A stretch of 59,321 bases of DNA. It comes from Catajapyx aquilonaris (taxonomy: Eukaryota). Location of the stretch: assembly GCA_000934665.2 (NCBI GenBank), contig JYFJ02002311.1, positions 1 through 59,321 of the forward strand, read 5' to 3'. A program made the position numbers and the translations under genes. This document shows positions 29,074-41,900 of the stretch, one piece after another (position 1 is the first letter of the stretch; each line of letters opens with the position of its first letter). The notes beneath the pieces were generated by a model. The model searched no databases, was not told the DNA's origin, and was given only the letters and a program-made list of their open reading frames with translations.

Positions 29074-32000
29074 ATGCACTTCTCCTCCTCCGTGTCCCAG
29101 GACGAGGCTTCGGCGTCGGCCGCGGGTGCCCTGGGAGTGGTGGCCTCCAGGGGCGACGCCCAGCTCCTGCTCCAGCTGCTCAGGCAAGGGAGGCCTCCGG
29201 ATGCGGCGGACGCCAAGGGCTGGCAGCCAGTGCACAAGGCGGCGCACAACGGGAGGATAGACTGCGTCAGGATACTGCTGCAGCAGAGTAAGTAGTAGGC
29301 TGCCAGGGTCTTACTGTTTGTTGCACTCCTCCGTCCGTAGCATATTGTGCACGCTCATCATTGTTGCACAAAGAGTGGGGCCTATGCTTGATGGGCATTG
29401 AAATGTTTTGCAGGCTCCACAGCTTTCCTTCCTTATTTCCAGGCAACGTGCGTGTGAACTGCCAAACTCTGGAGGGCGAGACGCCTCTGTACCTCTGCTG
29501 CGCTTCCAGGAACAGTCATGAAAGGCAGCTGTACCTCACCGCCAAGTTCCTCGTGGAAAACGGGGCAGACGTCAACATTGCAGGCAGCAATGGAAAGTCT
29601 GCACTGCATGAAGGCGAGTTCGCAATTTTAATATCGGAAAGAAATTTCATTTTAATCCTGCTGTTGTTATGAATGAATAATTGTTGAGTTATATGGGCAG
29701 AGGCATTTATTATAATTTCTTACGCCCAAACCCCTTATTTGGGAAAGTAGGTTTGATGTTACCTTTGCTTCAGGCATTTGGTATAAAATATCTGTTAATT
29801 TTTGACAAATTTTGGTAGTCCATAGTTGCCTTTTAAGGTCCTGCTATAAGGACCTCATTGTTAATTAGTATGAAAAGAATAGAAAAATTTCCATTGTGGA
29901 ATGCACTAGGGTATGCTCATTGGGTACAGTAAGTAGGATGTATGCTGGGGCAACGACCTGTTAGCTGTATTGTTAGTCATGCGAAGGGACGATATAATCG
30001 CAAAGGCAAAGGTGATGTTTTTGATCTCTGGTTTCAAGTAATGACACTTTGAAATTATTCCTTTTTTGTTTTCAGCTGTTGGGAATGACTCAATGGAGAG
30101 GGTGAAATTGCTCTTGGATCATGGTGCCAATGTTAATGCTCAGGACTATTTGAAGAGGACTCCCATGCATTTTGCAGCTGCTCGGGTATGTCACACACAC
30201 AATGTTTGGGTTGATAAACGTTTTCTGGAAAAATAATTGCCAGTTAATGGTAGGAGATTCAGTGACGGTTAATGGGGCAATATTAAAGCTGTATTGTTAT
30301 GGGAATTTCATGCTGCACGTTTTTGGTTGGTCCCGTCATCTATTATAATAGTGATTTCTTCCCACAGAACTGTACTGATGTAACGCAGCTGCTGATATCT
30401 CAGGGCAGTGACTATGAAGCCCTGGACTTCTGTAATCGAAGCCCACTCTTTCTGGCAGTCAAGTGGGTCGCACTGCACTCACTCCGAGTTCTGCTCTCCC
30501 AGAAGGATGTACGCCTGAACTCAAGGACCTCGGACGGGGAAACTCCTCTTATTATGGCTGCTATGAAGGGGTCGATGCCATGTGTGGAGCTACTAATCAA
30601 GCATGGAGCTGATCCAAACATCAGTGATGGGATGCACTACTTACCCATACACTATGCCACAGAGATGGGCCATGCTGAGTGAGAACAAGCTGCATACTGT
30701 CTGACCTTGATTACGATTGTACAGTAAAACACTGATAAGATGGACTTTGGGCGTCTTTGTCTTTAGCCCTGTAGTGTCTATGTCGAAAGCATTGAAAACC
30801 CCTTTGCCTGGGTCAGCGCATTGGTTTTGCTTCATCATACATCGTATATCAGATTTATCTTACTTCTTATCCAAGTTCATCTTATTACAGTTTCTCACTG
30901 TATTTGTAAAAAAAAAAAAATTAACTATCTGCCTTAGTGCAGATGCAGTATATATCACATATTTGCATTTGATCGCCATTGTTATTGCATGGAAAATAAT
31001 TTGGTCACGACTTGTAATTAATTTTGTAACATTTTTGCAGCATCCTGCAGATGTTGTTGAATGTCATGAATGAGAACGCAATTGAAGAATGCTGCGGGAA
31101 TGGCCAGATAAGTCCTGATATTCGCAATCCATGGTGCTTGGCCATCGATTTTAACAAGTGAGTAGACTTTGCGCGATGAGTTTTCATTTAGTTCAATCAA
31201 TTACGCTTGATTTTTATATGCCATGGGTAAGTTTTACATGCAGATTCTGTGTCGTGTCTCACAACAAAACTAATTTTACCAGTACCTTGGTATGTAATTT
31301 TGCACATACAGTATTGTAAATTGACTAATATTCTTTTTAAATTTTACTTGCATATAAAGATGGTATTAATTGTTCCAGGTGGGAGTGCTTGCAAATATTG
31401 ATCAAGTCTGGGTTTAAACTGAACAACTACTACCAACAAGGCTTCCGAGGCACCCTCGTGACCAACTTTGCAAACGAAGGGATCCTCTACGACTCTGTTT
31501 TGGGGCATGCGCTAGCTGGAAATGGTGACAAGGAAAACCAGATGAATGTTATACATGCATTGTTGGAAGCTGGTAAAAATATTTTTCACTAAAATATGAA
31601 GACACTGCACAAATTAACATGGAAAATATTGCCTGTTGCAGGAGCAAATGTTAATGAGACCAATGAATTGGTGTGTGCTCCACTGAGTCGACTGGCTGAA
31701 AATGAGCGGATAGAATGGGCGACTAATGCTGAAGCTTATGGCATGTTTGGCCTTCTCATTCAGAAGAGAGTGGACGTTGACTACAGGATCAGGTATAGCA
31801 ATCAGATTGTTTTTTCATTGTTGAAAAGGAGTCCATAGCAGATATTGTATCACCATACTTTTTGCCAGCAGATCCACATTTGAAGGTCCAGATGCTATAT
31901 TCCGTGCATCTCTGAAGAACCCGACATTCTTGCCCTTGCTGCTGAGCCACAGCAAGTACACAGCCTCCGACATCATGAAAGCATGGATGAAGTATGCGAA

Positions 32001-32476
32001 TTCCCAAATCCCCACATTTCTTGACGGGCCACACGTCCATGCCAGCTACAGCCGACTGGTGGCAAAGGCACTCACCCACACAGCATTGGTGTTGGTTGAG
32101 TTTGCAGGCAGCGATATTGGCATGTCCCACATGGATGAGTTCAAGATTGCAGTTTCTCTCTTGGCTGATTTGTCACCAGCCTATGAACAGGTGTATGCAA
32201 GAGTGGGTGAGTCGCTTGTGGCCGAGCTTCACAATTCAGCTTTCGTGTTTAACAGTTGACTCTTAATTTTAAATGCTTGTGGTCTGCATTCCAATATTTG
32301 CAGGTGAGCCCTGCAGTTTGAAGCATCTTTGCCGACATTCAATCAGATCCAGCTTCAAAGCAAGCCTGCAGGCAATGCAAGTCAAGGAAGCCATCCAGGA
32401 ACTGAAAATCCCGCACGAGCTAGGCCAGTACCTCATGTACTCCGAGCTGGACGCCGTCGCATTCATGCCGGAGTAA
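29074..32476 (+). CDS. Ankyrin repeat and SOCS box protein, ASB3-like, copy 1
   Basis: N-terminus MHFSSS..GVVASRGDAQLL..DAADAKGWQPVHKAAHNG; several ANK exons; SOCS box PCSLKHLCRHSIR..IQELKIPHELGQYLMY in the last exon. One intron uses a GC donor (GAAG|gcgagt at 29614). Confidence 0.9.
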
Positions 32477-33353
32477 GAATTGCCGCCAAACTCCTATAAC
32501 AAATTCTCTTGTGTTCTTATTGAATCTACGTTTCTGTGATAATGATGTGTGACAAATAAGTATTCAATTGTTGTTTTGTAAAACATTTACATAATTTACA
32601 GTGTAATGTTCGCTCAACGCTATGGTTGCATTGTTTCAAGTACCTCTGGAATTTTTATAATACAAATGTTGCTGTGATCATTATTACCATGTAAAATGTA
32701 TTTGGTGTATATAAAAACTTTACGTGAAGAATTAATTGAATGTCAAGGAAGCCGCGCATTTTCATTTGCTCTCTTCACGCCTTATCATTCGCAAAGATGG
32801 ATACAGTTTTATATTGAAACCAAATGTAAACTCGTCCCCACCTTTATTTTGAGCGATATAGGACTACACCTTACCATAATAATATGAATGAATTAATATG
32901 TTTATTATACCCAGAAAATGCCTGAAAAATTATTCAGATGACAGCAGCCATATTGGGCGCATTCTGTTGCCCGTTGAATCGCAGCTACTTCTAAAGTGCT
33001 ACTAACTGCAAGTAGCACCTACTACTTTTCCATTCCGTGGCTGTAATGACATGCCTTTTTGCATGATTCTGTACACAACCACGAAGCCCAATCAATCAGG
33101 CTCTCTAGTGCATTGCAAGCATTGTTCTGAAGCAATGTGTCTGTTCAGGAGGTTCAGGAATAGCTGTCAGCAGTTGCGCCCGTAACTGCTCGGCTACATT
33201 CGACCTCCAGAACACATGCAAAATGGCGCCGGTTCCAGGCGGAAGAGGGACCCCTTCGAGAACGTCACTCTGTCCTGTGCTCGTGTAGTACGACATCCAT
33301 GACCTGCCGGCCGCTGTAATAATGAACACTTCCTATTGCATGCGGCGACCCTG

Positions 33354-36300
33354 ATGGAGTTCAGCGAGGTGTACCCGGACATGATGTCCCCCGTGTCCAG
33401 GGCGTGCACAGACGGAGACCACCGCACTCTGAGGGCCCTGCTCAGGCGTGGTTATCCGGCAGACACCATGGACAACAGGGGGTGGCAGCCCCTGCACTGC
33501 GCTGCCTCATCCTTGCATCCAGAGTGCCTGGGGATGCTTCTCCTCAAGGGTAACTGAAAGGCTCATTAACGAATAAGGTTAAACTTATGTTGGAGTATGG
33601 CCATGATTGTTTGGAAGGCAGCAACTAGTTATGTTGTGCAGCGTTTTTTATCGTACATGTGGTTTTTCAGGTGGCGTTAATGTGAACTGGCAGGCACACG
33701 ATGGCATGACGCCGCTGCTTTTAGCCTGCAGTCGTTCAGATGGACCCGGAAGCCATATGCTGAAGTACAAAATTGTTCAAATTCTACTCGAAAATAAGGC
33801 TGACGTCAACATTCCTGCCAATTGCCGAGTGACACCCTTGCACAAAGGTGATTGTGTTGATGGGATGCTTTTAGAGCAGTGGTTCCCAATGTCTTTTTAC
33901 TCATGTGCCGAAAATTCTGAAGGCATCCCTAACTTTACACTATATTACTTATTGCGAATAGCCATAGGGAACATTTGATAGTGAAAAGTAAAATATCAAA
34001 TGGAATTGCATTACATTTCAACCAGCATTATGACTCGTAAAATTATAAATAAAAATAAATTCCACACGAAGGGAGACTGTGATGTTAAATTTTTTTTGCG
34101 GCACCCCTACATGATGTCCGGTGCACCCTAGTTGGGAACCACTGTTTTAGAGAGTATCCTGTAATATGTGGATATTTTTACAGCTATTGAAACCAACCAT
34201 ATTGAAGTTGCAAAGCGCTTGCTGAAAAGTGGTGCCGTACCTGATGTAAAGGACTGGAATGGATGGACTCCATTGCACTTTGCTGCTATGAAGGTGTGTG
34301 GCAGTTGATAACTTTGCATAATTTTGTTATTTACGTCCATTTCTACTTTTCCCTGCAGGATGACGTCCCGATGGTAAAGCTGTTGATGAGATATGGTGCC
34401 AATATCAATGTTGGTGATGATAGTGACCGCAGCCCCCTCTTTTTTGCTACTGATTCAAATGCACATGGAGCAATGAGGGTCTTGTTGCAACAGGAAGGTG
34501 TAGACGTGAACATGAGGTAATGGAGTGGGCCTACCGTGGATGACATGTAAAAAGATTTGAGAAAAACCTCCCCTTCATTAACTAATAACAAAATTTCTTT
34601 TCAGTACATCGGTTGGAGAGACTCCACTAATGATTGCGACCAAGAAGGGATCAATGACATCGATCAAACTGTTGCTTAAACATGGTGCAGATCCAAATGC
34701 TGAGTGCTCAAGCTATCCTCAGTCCCTGGCCATTCATTATGCTGTGGAATATCATCATGTTGAGTACGTTATGAACTTCTAATGATTATCACATGTTATA
34801 AATGGGAAAAATTGTGATCATTTTCAGCAGCTTGTCAGACCATTTTCATTAGCCCCCATTGACGGCAGGGTAACATAGTTTCATATTCCGTTTTGAGATG
34901 AGTTTGAAACTCACAGGAAATGCAGTACATAACATTGCCCTCTTTCCTATGCTGGAACCGTTGTTATGCTTTGTTACATGGAGGGTTCTCATCAGATATC
35001 TGCACATGACCTCATTTCTCCCATTGTGATAAAATCTCAGCATTACAAGTAGTATCATTGCCTAATTGCCGATGCTCTACTAGTTTCCTCTACTAAAGAG
35101 CATGGGAGAAGATTTGTGTACTTGCTTTTTATTTGTACCGTTGTGGCCTGACCAGTCACTAGACTGACTAGGGGATCCATTGCAATGGTCGTACGAGATG
35201 ACCAGGTGAATGTACCTGGTCATCTCTGGCAACCCCAGCTTGGGAACATGCCTGATTGATTGTGACTTTGTGAATAATGATGTAGCCTGCTCTTGCAGTG
35301 CCACATCCAGGATACAGAAGTTATGACTACTACTTTTGTTACAGAATTCTGGATCTGCTCTTGAAGTGTACCAGTAAAGCCGCACTAGAAAAAGCGTGCG
35401 ACATATCGTTGTGCAGTCACACGCCAAACCCACTTATCTTGGCCATTAGTGTGGGCAAGTACGTAAATGATTAACTCTACAATTGATACCTTTAACCCTC
35501 AAAATTGTGACTTGATCTGTGTTTGTTTAACTCAGTGGTTCCCAACCGAGATCCCATGGACATCATGTAGGGGTGCTGCAAAAAAAAACTGCATATCATA
35601 TCTACGAGGGCCGTACTAAAATGATTTACAATTTATTTGTTTGCCACAAATACAGTGCCCGTACAGGTCGGCAGATAGTCACATATTATAGATAGAATCC
35701 TCCTGGAGCTGAATACACAGAAGTTATGGGTGTGAAACCTCTCCGTGCCCTCCAGGAATCATTATTAGGAGGTTCGGCGCACCCCCTCCAGGACAACTGC
35801 TTACAGTCAACAATGTCCTTGACATTGCATCAGCGAAGGAGTTTTTTTCATGGATCTGAACAGGTGAAAGTCACGGGACCAAGCACCAGGTGTGGAAGTA
35901 CCCAAACCCAGATTCATGAAAAAAACCCTTTCGAGGCCACTGTTGACAGTTGTTGATTGTGCACAGTTTTCTGGTCGTGGGTGCGTCTCACCTCCAAAAA
36001 GTGATTCCTGGAGGCCCTGGAGAGGTTGACACACCTGTGGTGGTAGTGCATTCTTCTCCAGGAGGATTCTATCTATAATGTGTGACCATCTGCCGACCTG
36101 TACAGGGACTGTATTTGTGGCAAAAAAAAAGAAATTGTAAATCATTTTAGTCCGCTCCTCGTAGTTTCCCGCTGTGATGCATTGCAAAAATTAAAATATA
36201 AATTGAGGTTGTTATAATAATTTTATATAATACGTGTCATAATACTGGTTAAAATGTACAAGGCAACTCTATTAACTATTTCACTTTTTATTATGAAAAA

Positions 36301-37932
36301 ATATTGCGTATGATTATATTTGCAAGTTAGGGGCCTTCAGAATTTTAGGTGTGCCTTGGGGTGTCAAGAGAAAAAAGGTTAGGAACCACTGGTTTAACTC
36401 GAGTTTAACATTGCACGTCATATATCCCACTAGCAATTTTTGATGAGGTCTGACGGACAGTGAGATCCACCATTTACTTGCTTGTCAGATCAGTTTATCA
36501 CTTGCAGCGTAGAATGTGTGAAGTTGCTGATCAAAGCTGGAGTTCAACCCAACCACTGCTACGAATATTCTCTTTTTCCACCCTGGGGGAATGAGTACTA
36601 TGACACAGCTCTGGGTGCTGTTTTCCATATGACATCACCCAAACAAGAAGAGATGCTAGCAATTTTACTGCAGGAAGGTTGGTGCCCTGTGACCTTAATC
36701 GTCTCATCATTTAATACTGATGAAAAACCACTTCCAGGCGTAGAAGTGAATGTGCCACAGGGTAATGTTCGTGCTCCTTTGACGAGTTTGGCATCAACTC
36801 TTCACAAGGATTTAACAGATAGCAAGGCAGAACGTTTCTTCACTATGCTGCTGGAGAAAGGAGTAGATGTAGATTACCAGAGAAGGTTAGTGATGAACAG
36901 GGGTGTTACTGGTTTCCAGTATTCGTTGTCTTTGAGGTGTGTAGAAGTAAATACTGATTCTCTTCCTGTTTGTTAATCTATTCTTGCAGTGATACGGACT
37001 TTGGAGGTCCAGATGCCATTCTTCATTCTTCATATTGGAGGCCAGGATTTTTTCCAGTTTTACTGAGGCACAGCACGTTCACAGCTTCTGATATCCTTCG
37101 TTTTTGGTGTTGCTACTTTCACCGACACTTGACTCCTCGCATGCACCAATATGGCCTCGACATATTTTCACGCGTTGCTGCCAGCACTCTGATTCTGATT
37201 TCTCTATCTGGAAGTACAATTCGAAGGAGTGTGCTTGACAAAATAATTCTTTCATATGAAGAAAATTATTATAGGAATGTCCAAGTCATAAAGATGTGCC
37301 AGAAAATTCGCCAAATTGCAGGTATTGTAACTTGTGGCATGCTCTTAGTTAATGCAGAACAGATTATGGAAATGGTGCTGTCAAGTCACACCTACTTCTG
37401 TAGGTTGTAGTAGAATGATTCAGTGTAATTTGTTGTTTGCATTGTGTTCCGATGTCCATGTCTAGATAATCAAGTGACTTTTAAAATTGAATGTGAACTT
37501 ATATAGGGTGTGGCTGGTCCAAATAAATTCCTATTGAGCAAGTGAATAAAGGTATATACTTTCAATTAAGATGATTTTACGTAATGAAATAATCATGCAT
37601 TCCCCATACCGTGAGGGGTACGGAGACTTTTGGCCAACCCTGTTGTTTTTGTACTAATTTGAATGAAGATACCTCTCTCAAGATAAATGTAGTAATGGAG
37701 GTAGACGAATGTTATTTACTGTATATTACGTTTTTATTTCACAGACCAACCTTGCAGCTTAAAGAACTTGTCTCGCCACTGGATCCGGACAGCAATGGCA
37801 AAGCATGGGAGCCTAAGTATTGGTGCTGTAGAGACTTTGGGACTCCCGCAGGCGTTACGTGATTATATCCTTTATCAGAATGATCGAGTGTTGGAAGGAA
37901 ATGTGGCACTCATTCCTTCCGAATGTCTGTGA
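33354..37932 (+). CDS. ASB3: Ankyrin repeat and SOCS box protein, ASB3-like, copy 2
   Basis: MEFSEVYPDMMSPVSRACTDGDHRTLRALLRRGYPADTMDNRGWQPLH closely follows the recalled ASB3 N-terminus (MDFTEAYAD..DNRGWMPIH). Same exon layout as copy 1. Last exon 37745-37932 encodes SOCS box PCSLKNLSRHWIR..LGLPQALRDYILY. Confidence 0.88.
33877..34144. mobile_element. hAT (Buster/Charlie-like) MITE in an intron of ASB copy 2
   Basis: TIRs CAGTGGTTCCCAA / TTGGGAACCACTG. 8-bp TSD TTTTAGAG at 33869-33876 and 34145-34152, with a central TA. Confidence 0.9.
35533..36391. mobile_element. hAT (Buster/Charlie-like) MITE, same family as 33877-34144 but inverted, interrupted by a nested element
   Basis: TIRs CAGTGGTTCCCAACC / GGTTAGGAACCACTG. 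8-bp TSD GTTTAACT at 35525-35532 and 36392-36399. The subterminal GGACATCATGTAGGGGTGC is the reverse complement of the sequence at ~34101-34119. Confidence 0.9.
35605..36161. mobile_element. Tc1/mariner-type fold-back MITE nested in the hAT MITE
   Basis: TA|CGAGG ... CCTCG|TA ends (TA TSD at 35603-35604 and 36162-36163). Imperfect inverted arms at ~35605-35858 and ~35910-36161 around a spacer of about 50 bp. No transposase. Confidence 0.88.
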
Positions 37933-38981
37933 ATTTATGTGAAATTATATGCCAAGTATTTGAAGGAAGAGTTGTTGATCTCACAATGGAACCTTCTAAA
38001 AATCCTGTTTGCAGAAAAAATCAAGACTAATATTGCAGGTGATTCCTTGCGGTGTGTATAGTCTGGTGACAAAATCTGATTCAACCACTGTCAAAAGAAG
38101 AAGATTAAGGTAAAAAAGTCTGCAAATTTTCTTCCAACCTATTCAAAGGGTGCTAGTAGCTGAGTATATTTTTCTGAATAAGCTTCAATCCCCCATCCTT
38201 GTCCCAATTTCCAGAGAGTCCGTGCCTCAGGGCAGATTCCATCCTGAGAGAGAGAGCTGACTAGGAGCCCACAAAACGCAGATCATGATTGTGTCTCCAA
38301 CAGCTCCTCTCGGGACTGACTTCAAACATATCAGGCAATGAGTTAGCAAGCCTTTTCACTTGTCTCATGCACCTATGACAGTGAGCAGCAAATTTTAGAA
38401 CTGGAGTGCAACACATACCATTAGCTTTAGTTGATCTTGTAACTTGCATTTTTGTTCGATTGCCTTGGAATTTCCTGGTTAGTATTATGTTAATATTCAG
38501 AAGAGAAACACGTGGTGGCACTATCAGTAAGTAACTTGTACCTGCTGTGAGAAAATCCATACTTATACCGTATGTGATAACAGCACTTATGCCTGTTTTG
38601 AGCTTTTAGCTGTTTTTGCACTTACGCTGGTACATTTTGGGTTACAAACATGTGTTCAAATTGTTGTGAGAGATGTATGGTGATAAATAGATCATCCAAG
38701 GCACTGGGAATTTTTGTTGCGTCTGTCGCAAAGAATCTCATATTATGCTTCTATCATGTTTTCATTGCCAGTTGGTCACAATACGTCTGTCAACTCCTGT
38801 GGGCATGACCTGGTCAACAAGTATTTTTAAAGTATGAAGTCGAGATATAAACAATAAACAATTGTACTTTATGGATCTTCTTTCTGCCTTAAATAGAATT
38901 ACCTTTCCAACTTTGTCAAAGGAAGTGCATGCATAATATAAATAATTTATTGACAAAACAAACCCAAGAGTTTCCTTGAAA

Positions 38982-41900
38982 TCAGAAGAAGAAAAAGAAC
39001 TTCCTTTTGCGACGTCTGGTGTATATTTTCTTCTCTCCTGAAATGAATAATGTTAGGGAATTATTTGACTGAGAACCATTGGTTTATAGGGTGGTACTCT
39101 GCTATGTGGGCAGTGTACCACCCTGCTGAGCAACTAAGGATCAAAAAAGAACTGACGTTTTGGAACCTTCACAGATGATGTCCTGTATGCCATTCCAAAA
39201 ATGATGGCAACTATGAACATTGGCACAAATCCAATGCTGATTGCCATGGGAACAGCAGGGTAAGGCATGGGGGGCTCCTTGATGAATATGGCAAATGATC
39301 CGGAGACGTTGCTCCTAGATGCCAGGTCGGACATGGATATTTTGACGTGATACATGCCGGATCCTTTCAAAACCATGTACAAGTCGTCAGGGTCCCACAC
39401 GTTGTCAAACTTGGACCTCGTAAACAATGCAGAGAAGTTGTTCAGAGCCTGCCTGGATTTCATGCCTGTTTGGAATGCATTCGAATCACTTCCAGGGGAT
39501 AGGTCCCAGCAGGTTTCTAGTTAAGTTTGCAGCACTGATTGTTTGGAGGTTAGTCATTTCACCAAACATTACATAAAGCATAGAATTTCAAGTGTCCCAA
39601 TGCTTACTGTAAAACTCAATATCTTGCCGGCTGTTCACTTCTTCCACCATGACGTAGTAAGGTCCTGTCATCAAAATGGAATCCCTCCAGTCGTCTTCTA
39701 GGAATGTAACCACCTTAGCATTCACTGGCAGTTCCATAATCACCGCCTGCAATGGGGAGGCAAGCGTTTGGGGTTAATTCATCTCACTGAAGTTTTTTTC
39801 CAGTGCATACCTTTTCTCTGCAATCGCTGTACTGCACACTCTCACTCAGCTTCATCCACTCCTCACATCCACATTCTTCTCGTGTCTTTTTGCCATGACA
39901 GAGTTTAAAGACTCCTAGCAGCAGAATTTGTTGGGGGCACAATTTGGGATAAAATTACGGTTGGTTTATCTCGCACCGTTTTACATGTAGGTGTAGTGAT
40001 AGGCATGTACGAAAGTGACTAGAAACAGTTACGTGATCAATACCATTCTAGAAAATAATATGAGCTAATCACTTGTTCTGGATTTACGGTATACCCTAAT
40101 ATCATGTAACCAAATATTATGAGATAGTGTTCTTGAATTCCTTTTAGTAGTACTGTTCCTACTTACCAACTTCTTTGGGCAAGTATGAAGTTTTATGCAC
40201 GTACACTGTGGGGTCAGCATTGTATACATGATTCGACATGTGAAGTCCTATGCCCAAGTGTGATGGAGGACGGTAATTCACCTGCAGTGGGGCAAAGTAA
40301 GAGAGTTGATTTTATTGTAATAATACTCATTTAAGTAGAGCCAATGAGTCTTTTGTAAGTTCAAAATAATATGAGGCTACTCACAGGAAGGAGTTGAAAA
40401 ACAGGTGCTACTCTATTTTTAACTGGAAGAGCTTCACCCGCTTCGAGGTATTCTTCCTTGGTGAAATTCCGAGGTACAGTGTAGTTGAAGGCAATGTTTC
40501 TGCGTGGGTTGGAATCAGTGTGTACTATAATGGTTGTGCTTCTAGTCTTGCAGCGGAGTGAGCTGAAGGGAAGGCGAAAAACCACGCTGCTCATAGCCGT
40601 GCGATGAGAATTACTGGTCAGCCTCACTGACAGGATATCCTTCCCATTTGTTCGATGCAACTTGCAACGCACATCCAGGACTTTGGGATTGCTGTTGCTT
40701 ACTTCAATCATTGATGTTGCCCACTTAATTGGACGCTCTATAAATATGAATGGTAGGCAATGTGAATGTTCAGTGTGAGCATAATAATTTATCACAAATG
40801 TAAGGTGTGTGCTTGTCAGTCAATGTGCAGGTAATTACTTACTGTCCATTGTCATTGCTAACATGGAGCCTTCGAACATATCCTGAATGTCGGCATAGAA
40901 AAACTTCCTCTTCATCCAGCCAATGGGATACAGGTTAAAATGGCAGTCAGCCTCACTTTTGTACCATGCAAACTGAAATATTTCCTAATTAAGTCATTGA
41001 ACAACAATGCAAAATTTTGGGTACTATAATGAGCCACTTACCTCCTCAGGAGTGAAATATTCGCTGTTGCCATTCTTCACGTAAGCACCCAAGTTGTAAA
41101 ACTCCCACATGTTCATGTTCACCTCCACTGGAAATAAGATGTCTTTGAGGAGTGGGGCAGCTGTAAGAGCTTCGGCTTTTACACCCTCAACCTTGGTTAT
41201 GAGGAAACTCATTCCTCCTTTGACGTATAGGGTCTTGCCTAGGTCAGTGTCGGAAAATACTCCTGTGCGGAAATAAAAATTTAATGAATGTTCCCCAATT
41301 TGCCGAAAATGTATAATTACCTGTGCCAGTCAGTTGTATTTCTGCAGCATACAGCTTGCCCTCAACTGTAGTGAGCTTCAACCCATTTTCCTTTGGTAGG
41401 TCACTAGTTTCATCAACTATAAAAGGAGTAATGACGTGACACCAAATGATGTGAGTGAATCCTTCCTCGTACTGGTAGTGATCCTCTAGCACCTTCTTGA
41501 TCACGCATTGGCCACCATTCCTGTAATTGGTGAATTGTCTCATAGAAACATTTCCAAAGGATGTGAGAATGGGCTCACCTCTGACGTACAGCCAATCCAA
41601 CATCATTTGGTGTAAAGTCATGGCCAGGATTACGTGGGATTTGACTGCCAAGTTCTGTACCTATGTCAAACTCATGGAGAATGACATGCATGTAGTGAAT
41701 GAACTGTACAAGAAGAGGATTCCTTATCACATATTCTGTGTTATCCTGAAAGTAAGTGGAAGCTACATCAGTTTTCACCTGTCCGAACTTCACGTGAGGG
41801 ATCGCAAACTGTAATGTTTGGTGCACCTGAACTCACCACTATATTATGTGGTATCATAGTGTAGCACATGCTTGATGAATTACTGTTAGTTTCATTGCAG

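Noticed and set aside
28776..29291. Several overlapping ORFs on both strands
   Set aside because: By-product of the GC-rich promoter and first exon of ASB copy 1. Only the frame starting at 29074 is ankyrin-like and splices on.
35726..36187. Two ORFs on opposite strands with similar peptides (LQESL.GG..HP...NC.QST)
   Set aside because: These are the two arms of the fold-back MITE, not genes or a transposase.
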